A DNA stretch of 61,217 nucleotides, the filler included. It is 8 parts of 8 records of this genome, joined end to end, with 100 filler letters (N's around TTAATTAATTAA, not from the genome) between each part and the next. Parts side by side here need not be neighbours in the genome. Positions count along the whole stretch, not along the records: positions 14,014 to 23,975 come from DRR723986_17387; positions 24,076 to 29,756 come from DRR723986_17397; positions 29,857 to 36,711 come from DRR723986_17407; 5 more parts are not named here. One strand, 5' to 3'. Under the pieces are notes generated by a model. That model did no database searches and had not been told where the DNA came from. It saw only the letters and a program-made list of their open reading frames with translations. Positions 20,354 to 29,925 of this stretch are shown here, piece by piece; position 1 is the first letter of the stretch, and every line of letters begins with the position of its first letter. The translations under genes and the position numbers were made by a program.

Positions 20354-21697
20354 TTAGCGGATGATATTTAACACTTGAGACTGCGTGCCTTGCGCGCCGC
20401 TTAGCTTGACAATGTAAACGCCGGGAGTGGCCGTTACCAAATTGCCTTGCACACTATGTGTGCCAACTGCGAAACGCCGTTCAAAAACTTGCGCAATTTT
20501 GCGTCCGTGCATATCGTAGACTTCAGCTGTTAACATTTGCGGTGTGTTAATGCTGAAACTCATGTCAAATATTCCGCTGCCGGGATTAGGCTTGATCTGC
20601 AGGCCGCCTGCTGCTTGTTGCGTCGAGGTGTGCACATCGCTGACTACATAAACCGGCTGTGCAGATCGATAGATGTCAATTGCCGTTACTGCATAAAGAT
20701 AGTTCGCTGAGTCGAGACACATGCTGCGAATTTGCTCACTACCACCTATTGGCTCCGGCAGCTTGCTCCAGCTGTCTGCCAGGTCGTCGGTGTACCACAC
20801 CGTTCGGTTTTCGGCAACGAAGAAGTTGTTCAGGCGATCATTCAAAATTCTGTCGGGACCAGCAATCCAAGGCTGGTTTTGTTGGACTGCCGGAAAATCC
20901 CAGGTGTCGCCACCATCTACTGAGCGTATAAACGGAAGCTCGCTATTGTCGGTGCCAACCAGAATGTTGCGGTTCTGCGCCATGCCCACAGATATTGCGT
21001 TCCAGAAGCCTTCGCCATTGTTGTTTGGCTGCAGGAGTACACCCCATTCCCAGCTGCGGACGGCTTCAATGTCGCTTGCCTTAATTCCGGTTGAAGGCAG
21101 GTTTGACAGACATAAAATACGATCCGCCGAAACCAGTTTAAGCGCACTTTGATGTTCGCAGTCATCAGGCAGTGTTGCAGGCACACGCCATTTTGTGCCA
21201 CTGCCATCTCCCAGCGAATAGCCAATTTCGCTGGCAGCAGAGACCTGTTCAAAGGTTCGTACCAACACAGTGCCATTGGGTTCCTGCTGAAATGTATAAT
21301 ATTCAGTGAACATGAACCAGGACCAATCGTCATTATGTTTGACGACTTCAGTCCAGGTCTCGCCGCAGTCCTCTGAGCGATAAATCACATTCTTTGCCCC
21401 GGCCAGTAGCGAATTGTCAGCAAGGGGCGTCAGGCCGTAAATCCCGGCGCCTTCCAACCCCGGCACGGTGTTCCAGCTTTCACCCTGGTCCTCACTGTAG
21501 CGCCAGCTTGCCTTTGAGCTTAGTCCACTCTTTGAGGCAACAAAAATGCGACCACATGCTGACGCGTGCATGAGGTCATGCGTCGATGGGGTTCCGAGTT
21601 CCGCAGGGGCAAGTCTTGTCCAGAACTGTTCCTGAGCCTGGACAATTGCTGTGCCCGCCAGTAAGAGAGCAAGTGAAATGTTAAGCAGCTTTTGCAT
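20354..21697 (-). CDS. T9SS type A CTD protein with Asp-box repeats, copy 2
   Basis: Signal peptide (VQA/QEQ); SEDQGESW, SEDCGETW, SVDGGDTW; C-terminal KPNP...VYDMHGR...PGVYIVKL. Confidence 0.85.
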   Translation of the reverse strand: MQKLLNISLALLLAGTAIVQAQEQFWTRLAPAELGTPSTHDLMHASACGRIFVASKSGLSSKASWRYSEDQGESWNTVPGLEGAGIYGLTPLADNSLLAGAKNVIYRSEDCGETWTEVVKHNDDWSWFMFTEYYTFQQEPNGTVLVRTFEQVSAASEIGYSLGDGSGTKWRVPATLPDDCEHQSALKLVSADRILCLSNLPSTGIKASDIEAVRSWEWGVLLQPNNNGEGFWNAISVGMAQNRNILVGTDNSELPFIRSVDGGDTWDFPAVQQNQPWIAGPDRILNDRLNNFFVAENRTVWYTDDLADSWSKLPEPIGGSEQIRSMCLDSANYLYAVTAIDIYRSAQPVYVVSDVHTSTQQAAGGLQIKPNPGSGIFDMSFSINTPQMLTAEVYDMHGRKIAQVFERRFAVGTHSVQGNLVTATPGVYIVKLSGAQGTQSQVLNIIR

Positions 21698-22072
21698 GTT
21701 TTTTGTGCTTTGGTGGAGATTGAGTGCGCAATTCCAGTATCACCAGCAATATTGAAGATTAGTAAAGAGTTGAAGGAAAACAAAGGCAGGAATCAATAAC
21801 CGGCGAAAAGTACCAGATTATTGTGCTGCCAATGACTGCAGTTTTCGCGATCCCGGCCAATAAACTATCAACAATTAGTCATCGTGCTGCAGCAAAAGTG
21901 TCAAGCGTCAGGAGCTGTCATAAGCAATCCAGCCATTGAGTTTGTTGCCGTAGGTCAGCACCTGAGATTGTCAGCTGTCGTGTCTCAAAACCTTCAATCC
22001 AGACGCGGGCAGGGTCTGTTGTGTTCAAAACATTCGCTGCACGGCGGCGGCTTGTGGCCGCCGCAAAACATT

Positions 22073-23410
22073 TCAGCGAACGACGCTGATTGTCTTGGAC
22101 TGCGCGCCGTTTGTACCGCTTAACTTCAACACGTAGAGGCCGGGAGCAGCGCCGGCCAAACTTCCTGGTACTGAGTGACTTCCGGCCGCAAAGCGCCGCT
22201 CAAAAACCTGCATAATCTGGCGGCCGTGAAGGTCATAGACTTCCGCACTAATGCGGTCTGCCGCACCCAGGCTGAAGTGCAATTCAAAAGAGCCGTTCGT
22301 TGGGTTGGGGCTAAGCCGCAGCTCGCCGCTGGTGGAAGGTGCGGATGAATGCACATCGCTGACAGTGTACACCGGCTGTGAGGATCGGTACGCACTGTTA
22401 AGTGCAATCGCATAGAGATAGTTTGCCGAATCCAGACACATGTTAAGGATCGGCTCAGTGCCTCCAATTGGCTCGGGCAGTTGCTGCCAGCTCACAGCCA
22501 GGTCATCGGTGTACCATACATTTCTACCTTCAGCCACAAAAAAATTGTTGAACCGGTCAGCCAGAATTCCCTGAGTTGAAGTTCCGCGCGGTTGTTCCGC
22601 ACCTACGTTAGGGAAATTCCAGCTGTCGCCACCGTCGTCAGAACTCACAAACGGCACGTCGGCATTGTCTGTTCCAATCAGGATGTTTTGATTTCGTGCT
22701 ACTTCGATAGCTTGTGCCTTCCAGTTGCCCTCACCACGTTCGTTGGGCCGCAGGATGACTTTCCAGTCGCGACTGTCGGGGTGTGTGGCTCTGATCTCGC
22801 CTTCACTCAAATTGGACAGGCACAGGAGGCGTTCGGCAGAAACCAGTTTAAGCGCAGTTTCGTGTTTGCAGTCTTGCGGTATCGGACTGACTGACCCTGT
22901 CCACTTGCTGCCGCTTTCGTCGCCAAAAGCGTATCCATCCTCACTTGCGCTGGCGATCTGCTGAAAAGTGTTCACCAAAATTTTTCCACCTGGCTCCTGC
23001 TGAAATTTTTCATAGTTGATGTACGCAAACCACGCGTCGTCATCATTGTGCTGAATCACCGCCTTCCATGTATCTCCGCAGTCATCCGAGTGGTGAATTG
23101 CGTTTCTGGTACCGGCCACCAGCGTCTGGCCGTTCAGCGTAATCAGGTCATACACGTTTATGGTTTTTAGCGCTTCCATGTAATTCCAGGTGGCCCCATG
23201 GTCGTCGCTGAAATGCCAGCCGGATTCGGATTCAGGGCCTGCTCCAACGTAGGTGAAGATTCGTCCACATGCGGATGCATGCATCTGTACACCCGTCTCA
23301 CGGGCGCCGATTTCGGTCGGAGCTATCTGTGTCCAAAATGATTCCTGTGCCTGCAGCATAGTGGCACATGCACAAAGGATGCTTAGGGTAATAAATGTCA
23401 GGTGTCGCAT
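22073..23410 (-). CDS. T9SS type A CTD protein with Asp-box repeats, copy 1
   Basis: Signal peptide; SDDHGATW, SDDCGDTW, SDDGGDSW; C-terminal SPNP...VYDLHGR...PGLYVLKL. Confidence 0.85.
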   Translation of the reverse strand: MRHLTFITLSILCACATMLQAQESFWTQIAPTEIGARETGVQMHASACGRIFTYVGAGPESESGWHFSDDHGATWNYMEALKTINVYDLITLNGQTLVAGTRNAIHHSDDCGDTWKAVIQHNDDDAWFAYINYEKFQQEPGGKILVNTFQQIASASEDGYAFGDESGSKWTGSVSPIPQDCKHETALKLVSAERLLCLSNLSEGEIRATHPDSRDWKVILRPNERGEGNWKAQAIEVARNQNILIGTDNADVPFVSSDDGGDSWNFPNVGAEQPRGTSTQGILADRFNNFFVAEGRNVWYTDDLAVSWQQLPEPIGGTEPILNMCLDSANYLYAIALNSAYRSSQPVYTVSDVHSSAPSTSGELRLSPNPTNGSFELHFSLGAADRISAEVYDLHGRQIMQVFERRFAAGSHSVPGSLAGAAPGLYVLKLSGTNGAQSKTISVVR

Positions 23411-23975
23411 ATCACGTTACTCTTTTTGGATGTAGTGCGCGTTGATCCAGGCTCAATAACGATATTGAATGATAAGCAAGATTTAACATTAATCAAACGC
23501 ACGCAATGATGGCCCGAGAAAAGTACCATAAAATGCGCTTGCCTTGACCACTGCGCCCCTCCCATTACATTCGGTGGCTGGTTTTTTCTTCTTGGTAGTT
23601 CTGCAGCCACAAGCCTCGGGTAGCTGAGGCTGGCAGTCTTTTCGTCGCGGAATTGTACGTCTGGCGTCACTGGGCCAGGTCTGAGATTCACTAGACGGAA
23701 TCAAACAATGCCAAAGGAATCAAGGCTGAAGGTTTGTGTTTCAGCGGTCGGGAATTGTAGATGAGCGGGAAGTCTTGGATGTTTTGTAGAAGCAGCCATC
23801 AGCTGTTAGCCACAGGCTAACAGCTGTTTGTGGAAAACTTCCAGTCACACATTCCAATAAAACAATGCAAAATGGTTTAACGCGACCAGACTTGGTCGCC
23901 AGCGGCAAGGAATTGAAGTTAAACGGCAAATTTTTCATCCAAAAGGTTTTCCCCACCACCTGTTAGCCTGTGGCT

Positions 23976-24075
23976 NNNNNNNNNNNNNNNNNNNNNNNNN
24001 NNNNNNNNNNNNNNNNNNNTTAATTAATTAANNNNNNNNNNNNNNNNNNNNNNNNNNNNNNNNNNNNNNNNNNNN
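23976..24075. other. Artificial contig linker
   Basis: N44-TTAATTAATTAA-N44. Confidence 0.99.
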
Positions 24076-24186
24076 CCCCCCGCCGATGACAACCAGATCA
24101 ACTGAAATGTCCTGCGACAAACGTGGAGCCGAGACGTGTTCAGCACAGGTTTGAAACCAAAGGTTTTGCGCGTTCTCAGATGTCAA
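24076..24186 (-). CDS. 5' fragment of a DadA/PuuB-family FAD oxidoreductase (absent from the ORF track)
   Basis: Manual translation from TTG 24186 (GAGGA RBS): MTSENAQNLWFQTCAEHVSAPRLSQDISVDLVVIGGG, the start of a Rossmann motif, cut by the contig end. Confidence 0.75.
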
Positions 24187-24266
24187 TTTCGATCCTCGGG
24201 GTCAGGGTATACCAGCAATATTGGGTGCAGGTGGGATGCCCGCCCCCACTGGGGCAGGCTGGCCGC

Positions 24267-25301
24267 TTATGTCACAACCAATTCACGTTGATCATCGCGG
24301 CCCATGGAAATCAAGAAGGGATCACTTGCCTGCGCGGACTGGAATGCCGCCTTGCTGTCCATGCCCTGCCAATTGGCCAAAGTCAGCGATTGCGCAACCG
24401 CCCCGCCCAGAGTGCCGCCAGGCCCCGTAACAATGAACAGATCAGGCGCAAATTCACGCGCGGCGGTTTGGATCGCGCGAGTAAAATCATAAGTCTCGGT
24501 CACTTGATGACCCAAGGTATAATCCCACAGCTCGCTGATATCGCTCGCCCCCGGCCACCAAATCTTACCGCGCCCATCAATCAGGGGGCGGTTGGGTTGG
24601 GTAAACAGATCCGGGCCGAGCTGTGCCCGGCCTTGGGCCGCGACGGGGGCCTGTAGAGGGGTATGGAACGCGGCATGGTTTGCCAGTCGCAGGGGAAAGC
24701 GGTCTTGGGCCACCGGATTTTCGGCCTCAAACGCCTTGAGCCCTTCTTCGTTGCCAGCCACAACCAGCATCCCGCCCAAATCAATGGACAACGCCAGCAC
24801 ATGCCCATCGCGGCTGTTGATGTCGTCCAATTGCGCCAGCAGCGCGGCTTTGCGCACCGGATCATTCACCCAATCGGTTTCGGTAAACGGATAAACCAGC
24901 TGCCCGCCGATCAACTGATCCTGCATCAATGTGCCCATGGTGTTGACGACGCGAAATCCGTTTTCTGGGCTAAGCGCGCCAGCCGCCGCCAGAGCGATGT
25001 ACCAGCCCATGGAATTGCCGGTGACGGCCACAACCTCGATATCATCAGCCAAGGCTTGAGCGTCTGCCAGCGCGGCGGAATATATCAGCGGCGAGGCAAT
25101 ATCCCCCCGCGAATACTTACCAACTGAAAACCGGTTCGCCCCATCCAGCTCGGTCACGGGGTCCTGTCGGGTTTCTGCGCGGATCGCGTCAAATTCCCGG
25201 AACATTTCCATGCGTCCCGTGTGATGGCGGTGCAGGTATCCCAGTTCGGTTTTGTTATAGGTCCCCCGACCAGGACAGATCACAACAGCGGTGCGGGTCA
25301 T
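24267..25301 (-). CDS. FabD-like (ACP S-malonyltransferase family) acyltransferase
   Basis: Start MTRTAVVICPGRG (PGQG-like); nucleophile motif GNSMG; HAAFHT; ATGA overlap with the E1 stop. Confidence 0.8.
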   Translation of the reverse strand: MTRTAVVICPGRGTYNKTELGYLHRHHTGRMEMFREFDAIRAETRQDPVTELDGANRFSVGKYSRGDIASPLIYSAALADAQALADDIEVVAVTGNSMGWYIALAAAGALSPENGFRVVNTMGTLMQDQLIGGQLVYPFTETDWVNDPVRKAALLAQLDDINSRDGHVLALSIDLGGMLVVAGNEEGLKAFEAENPVAQDRFPLRLANHAAFHTPLQAPVAAQGRAQLGPDLFTQPNRPLIDGRGKIWWPGASDISELWDYTLGHQVTETYDFTRAIQTAAREFAPDLFIVTGPGGTLGGAVAQSLTLANWQGMDSKAAFQSAQASDPFLISMGRDDQRELVVT

Positions 25302-27487
25302 GAGCGGCCTCCTGTCAGTGCAAGTGCGGCGGCGACAATACCGTCTTTGGAGGGGAGCGGCGCGGCATAAGCCGGGCCGGTGGCGATAAAGCAATCTTCG
25401 GCCACGACACGGGCGGTGGGTTGATCGCTGTGTTCGGCAAACAGGGTCATCAGCGCCTCGGATTGGCTGCCGGTGCGGCGGCATTCATCCACGATCAGGA
25501 CATGTTTGCAGCCCTTGGTCGCCTCGATCAAAGCCTCACCAGGCAGCGGCGACAGCCAACGCATGTCGATGATCCGGGTACTTTGACCGGCGGCTTCGAT
25601 CTCAGGCAATGCCTGCTTGGATAGATAATGCCCGTTGCCGTAGGTGACTATGGCCAGATCGGCTCCATCACCGTGCACGCCAACCTCACCAAAGGCGATA
25701 CGTTGATCTGGCGAGGGATAGGTGGTCATCCAACCCGCATCCTGCGCCCCGTGCAGATCGCGCATCGGGTAAAGCGCGATGGGTTCCAAAAACACCACAA
25801 CGCGCTGCTCTTCGCGCGCCAATCGCACGCTTTCCCGCAGCATCATCGCCGCATCCGCACCGGTCGAGGGGCAGGCGATGATAACGCCGGGAATGTCGCG
25901 TAGGACGGCCAGTGAGTTGTCGTTGTGGAAATGGCCCCCAAAGCCCTTTTGATACCCAAGACCGGCGATCCGCAGCACCATCGGGTTGGTGAATTGCCCG
26001 TCCGAGAAGAAGGACAAAGTTGCTGCTTCGCCACGGATCTGATCCTCAGCGTTGTGCAGATAGGCCAGAAACTGGATTTCGGGGATCGGGATAAATCCGT
26101 TGTGTGCCATGCCAATCGCCAGCCCCAAAATGGACTGTTCATCGAGCAGCGTGTCGATCATCCGGTCCGGGCCAAAGCGCGCCTGTAGCTTCTGTGTGAC
26201 GCCATAAACGCCGCCTTTGCGGCCGACGTCCTCACCCATCATCACAATTTCGCCGTGCTCTAGCATGAGATCCGTCAACGCCCAATTGATGATCCGGCTC
26301 ATCGGCTGAGGATCGGTCATCGCGCGCATGTCGCCACCAAACACCTTGGCGCGGGCGGCATCGCTGGGGCCATTGGTCGGTTTACACTCCCGTTTGGGTG
26401 GAATGAGGCTGGCCATGACCGATTTTGCATCGCTCAGGTGCGGGCGTTTGACGGCCTCGACCGCGACGCGGTCCACCCGAGCGCAGGTGTCTTGATATAT
26501 CGACAGGGCCTGATCTGGGCTGAGGGCGCCGGCCTGTTCCAGCAGGCGCACGCTGTGCAGCAACGGATCGTTGGCCTCGTCACCTTCGACCTCAGCTTTG
26601 CTGAGATAGGTGGTCGGAACATCCGCCCCTGCGTGACCATAAAGGCGGACGGTCTTGAGATGCAGGAACGCCGGTTTGCGCCGGGTGCGGACATAGTCTG
26701 CGGCCTCTTGAGCAACCGCATGCGCCTCGTAAATATCCAGACCGTTGGCGCGGAAGTATTTGATGCCGGGCCGGTGCTCCATCGAGGTTTCGATCCACCC
26801 TTTGGGGGTTTTGGTCGAAATACCGATGCCGTTGTCCTCGCAAACAAACAGCAGAGGCAAGGGTACGGATTGCACCGACGTCCAACCCGCCGAATTGATC
26901 GCCCCCTGCGCGGTGGAGTGGTTGGCCGATGCATCCCCAAATGAACAAACTGCGATGCCATCTTCCGGCAATTCACGATGTTCGGGCGCGTGGCGCCGTG
27001 CGGCACCCAGACCATAAGCAGCCCCGACCGCCTTGGGCAGGTGGCTGGCGATGGTTGAGGTCTGCGGGGGAATGGTCAGGGCCTTGGAGCCCAGCACCTT
27101 GTGCCTGCCACCGGACGTCGGATCCTCGGATGAGCAGGCAAACGACAGCAACATATCCCATGCAATCTGTTGCCCCGGCACCTGATCCGCCCGTGCAATC
27201 TGAAACGCCGCATCCCGGTAATGTAGAAAGGCGATGTCGGTTGGGCGCAGGGCATGGGCCACGGCAGCCATGCCTTCGTGGCCCGACGATCCGATGGTAT
27301 AGAACCCCTGCCCCGCCTTTTGCATGGCGCGGCTGGTCCGGTCCAAGGCCCGGCTTAGAACCTGTGCCCGATAGAGCGACACCGCCTCGGCCGCGCTTAG
27401 GCCCACGTTTGGGGCCGCGCCTGCAGGAAAGTCGCGCGCAGCCACACGAGACAAGAAGTTTTCATGAACGATTTGGGCGCGATCCAT
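25298..27487 (-). CDS. Fused E1 alpha/beta ThDP-dependent 2-oxoacid dehydrogenase
   Basis: GHE, ThDP motif FGDAS...EDNG, RLYGH, GEDVGRKGGVYGVT, DEQSILG, EIQFLAY, GGHFHN. Confidence 0.88.
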   Translation of the reverse strand: MDRAQIVHENFLSRVAARDFPAGAAPNVGLSAAEAVSLYRAQVLSRALDRTSRAMQKAGQGFYTIGSSGHEGMAAVAHALRPTDIAFLHYRDAAFQIARADQVPGQQIAWDMLLSFACSSEDPTSGGRHKVLGSKALTIPPQTSTIASHLPKAVGAAYGLGAARRHAPEHRELPEDGIAVCSFGDASANHSTAQGAINSAGWTSVQSVPLPLLFVCEDNGIGISTKTPKGWIETSMEHRPGIKYFRANGLDIYEAHAVAQEAADYVRTRRKPAFLHLKTVRLYGHAGADVPTTYLSKAEVEGDEANDPLLHSVRLLEQAGALSPDQALSIYQDTCARVDRVAVEAVKRPHLSDAKSVMASLIPPKRECKPTNGPSDAARAKVFGGDMRAMTDPQPMSRIINWALTDLMLEHGEIVMMGEDVGRKGGVYGVTQKLQARFGPDRMIDTLLDEQSILGLAIGMAHNGFIPIPEIQFLAYLHNAEDQIRGEAATLSFFSDGQFTNPMVLRIAGLGYQKGFGGHFHNDNSLAVLRDIPGVIIACPSTGADAAMMLRESVRLAREEQRVVVFLEPIALYPMRDLHGAQDAGWMTTYPSPDQRIAFGEVGVHGDGADLAIVTYGNGHYLSKQALPEIEAAGQSTRIIDMRWLSPLPGEALIEATKGCKHVLIVDECRRTGSQSEALMTLFAEHSDQPTARVVAEDCFIATGPAYAAPLPSKDGIVAAALALTGGRS

Positions 27488-27539
27488 TGGGCGACCTTTT
27501 CTTTAGGTTTATCAGTGAGGGCAAAGCCCCGAAAACAGA

Positions 27540-28697
27540 TTACAGAGTTTCAACAGCACGGGTGATGCGCGCCAAGCCTTGCTCCAGACTTTCGCGGCCA
27601 TAAGCAAAAGACAAGCGCAGATGCCCCGGCATGCCAAACGCCCGTCCGGGCACAACGGCGACCCCTGCGGTATCCAGAAGATACCGGCAGAAATCAGGGT
27701 CCGAGGGCATTTTTGCCGGGCATTTCGGAAAAACATAAAACGCACCATCCGGCACGGGACACGCCAAACCTGCGGCGTTCAGGCCATTAATCATCAGGTC
27801 CCGCCGGGCCCGTAATTCGACCAGACGATCCGCAAGCAGATCTTGCGGGCCAGTAACAGCCGCCAAAGCCGCTGCCTGTGCGACCGAACACGTTCCCGAA
27901 GTAACTTGCCCCTGCACGGCGGTCATTGCCTTGATCAAAGGTTGCGGCCCGATCGCCCATCCGATCCGCCATCCGGTCATGGAAAACGCTTTGGACACGC
28001 CATTCACGGTCAGAACTCGGTCGGCCAATTCCGGCATCGCCTGTGCAAAGGGCGTAAAGGGCACATAGCTCAGGTGTTGATAGATTTCATCCGAGATCAC
28101 CCAGACATGAGGGTAGCGGGACAGAACATCCGCCAATGTACGCAATTCCTCTGCAGAATAAATCGCCCCGCTTGGGTTGGACGGGGAATTCAGCAGCAAC
28201 CACCGTGTGCGCGGGGTTATGGCCTGTTCCAACTGCGCCGGCGTAAGCTTGAACCCTCGCGTAGCATCGCAGGTCAGAACCACAGGGGTGCCCCCTGCAA
28301 CCCGAACCATATCCGCGTACGAAGTCCAGAAGGGCGCGGCCATGATCACTTCGTCGCCCGCATTCAGTGTCGCCAGAAACGCATTTGCAAGAACCTGTTT
28401 CGCACCGGTTGAAATCATCACCTGTTCCGGGGGCACCCCAGCCTGCGCCGCGACTGCTGCGCGCAATTCCGGTGTTCCGGCGGTGGCCGTGTATCGGGTC
28501 TGGCCTGCCAGGGCGGCCTGATGCGCGGCCGCTATCACATGCGGGGGCGTTGGAAAGTCAGGCTCCCCGGTGCTGAGCGCGATGACATCCACACCTTGGC
28601 GCCGCAACTCAGCTGCGCGTTCGGAAATTTGCACGATCTCGGACAAGGCGATTCCGTTCAGACGACCCGCGGGTTGGAATTCAATATGTGTGTTCAT
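27540..28697 (-). CDS. Class I PLP aminotransferase (AspC-like)
   Basis: GEPDFPTP, NSPSNPSG, SDEIY, SKAFSMTGWRIG. Confidence 0.9.
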   Translation of the reverse strand: MNTHIEFQPAGRLNGIALSEIVQISERAAELRRQGVDVIALSTGEPDFPTPPHVIAAAHQAALAGQTRYTATAGTPELRAAVAAQAGVPPEQVMISTGAKQVLANAFLATLNAGDEVIMAAPFWTSYADMVRVAGGTPVVLTCDATRGFKLTPAQLEQAITPRTRWLLLNSPSNPSGAIYSAEELRTLADVLSRYPHVWVISDEIYQHLSYVPFTPFAQAMPELADRVLTVNGVSKAFSMTGWRIGWAIGPQPLIKAMTAVQGQVTSGTCSVAQAAALAAVTGPQDLLADRLVELRARRDLMINGLNAAGLACPVPDGAFYVFPKCPAKMPSDPDFCRYLLDTAGVAVVPGRAFGMPGHLRLSFAYGRESLEQGLARITRAVETL

Positions 28698-28788
28698 CTT
28701 TGGAATAGGTCCTTTGACTGACTTTACGCAGCAAGGGCAATATCGCCCTATGATCCAGAGAAAGCGAATGATAATTCGGAAGAAAGGT

Positions 28789-28803
28789 ATGAGGTAAAGT
28801 TAT
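28789..28803. promoter_or_regulatory. Putative LysR recognition box abutting the LysR start codon
   Basis: ATGA-N7-TTAT (T-N11-A) in the divergent intergenic region. Confidence 0.4.
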
Positions 28804-29709
28804 ATGGATATCCCGCGTCGGTTCCTGCCCTCCATCAGCTCTCTGCTTGCATTAGAGGCGGTAGATCGTCTGGGCAGCGCTTCTGCAGCAGCAGAAGAGT
28901 TGTCACTGACACAAAGCGCAATCAGCAGGCAGTTGAAGGTGATGGAAGAGCAATTGGATGTCGCACTGATTCAACGCAATCAGATGCGACTGCAGCTGAC
29001 CCCAGCGGCGCAGGAGTATGTTATCGAAGCGCGTGAAGCGATCCAGAAGTTGGCGCAGGCATCTCTAAAGCTGAAAGCAAATCCAATGGGCGGATCGCTC
29101 AACCTGTCGGTTCTGCCCGCGTTTGCGATGCATTGGCTGGCGCCACGGCTGAGCGATTTTGCCCGCAAACATCCCGGTGTAACGGTCAATTTGAACACGC
29201 GATTGAAACCTTTTGATTTCTCAACGGAACTCTTTGACGCCGCGATCCATTTTGGCGACCTCGATTGGCCAGGGGTCCATGGGTTGCGGATCATGCGCGA
29301 AGAGGTCGTGCCCGTGTGCGCACCACACCTTTGCCCGAGTGAGCCACGCTCTGCTGACTGGTTGCTCGATGCATCGCTGCTTCACCTCGATACCCGGGCG
29401 AATGCCTGGGAAACATGGTTTTCAGCACAGGATATCGCGCCCCCAGCGTTGCGGGGTATGCTGTTTGATCAATTTTCCACAATGATTCCGGCCGCGATCC
29501 ACGGGCTGGGCGTCGCGCTGCTGCCCAGCTACTTGATCCAAGACGAATTGAGCTCGGGTCGGCTTGTCCGAGCCTTTGAGGGAATAACCGTCTCATTGGG
29601 GGACTATTTTTTGGTGTGGCCAAACACACGGCCCGCACCAGTGGCCTTTGAGGCATTCAAGAGCTGGCTAAAAGAACAAATTGAAACTGTTGAACAAGAC
29701 CTGCGCTAA
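28804..29709 (+). CDS. LysR-family regulator (GcvA-like)
   Basis: HTH AAEELSLTQSAISRQLK; WLAPRL..F...HP; GLGVALLP; divergent from the catabolic operon. Confidence 0.92.
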   Translation: MDIPRRFLPSISSLLALEAVDRLGSASAAAEELSLTQSAISRQLKVMEEQLDVALIQRNQMRLQLTPAAQEYVIEAREAIQKLAQASLKLKANPMGGSLNLSVLPAFAMHWLAPRLSDFARKHPGVTVNLNTRLKPFDFSTELFDAAIHFGDLDWPGVHGLRIMREEVVPVCAPHLCPSEPRSADWLLDASLLHLDTRANAWETWFSAQDIAPPALRGMLFDQFSTMIPAAIHGLGVALLPSYLIQDELSSGRLVRAFEGITVSLGDYFLVWPNTRPAPVAFEAFKSWLKEQIETVEQDLR

Positions 29710-29756
29710 CTGGCGGCAAGGACATACCTGCGCGGCCTTTGGCCTTGCGTCCTGCG

Positions 29757-29856
29757 NNNNNNNNNNNNNNNNNNNNNNNNNNNNNNNNNNNNNNNNNNNN
29801 TTAATTAATTAANNNNNNNNNNNNNNNNNNNNNNNNNNNNNNNNNNNNNNNNNNNN
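29757..29856. other. Artificial contig linker
   Basis: N44-TTAATTAATTAA-N44. Confidence 0.99.
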
Positions 29857-29877
29857 TGGCCCTTAAACCTCTGGGGT

Positions 29878-29894
29878 CCGGGGCAACGCCCCGG
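29878..29894. repeat. GC-rich REP-like palindrome
   Basis: CCGGGGC-AAC-GCCCCGG, a 7-bp stem downstream of the MFS gene. Confidence 0.45.
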
Positions 29895-29925
29895 GTGTCT
29901 GCCGCAGGCTCAATGGGTTGGATAT

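Noticed and set aside
23411-23975. ncRNA or gene in the long region upstream of the T9SS cluster
   Set aside because: Only short motif-less ORFs and no convincing structure seen by eye
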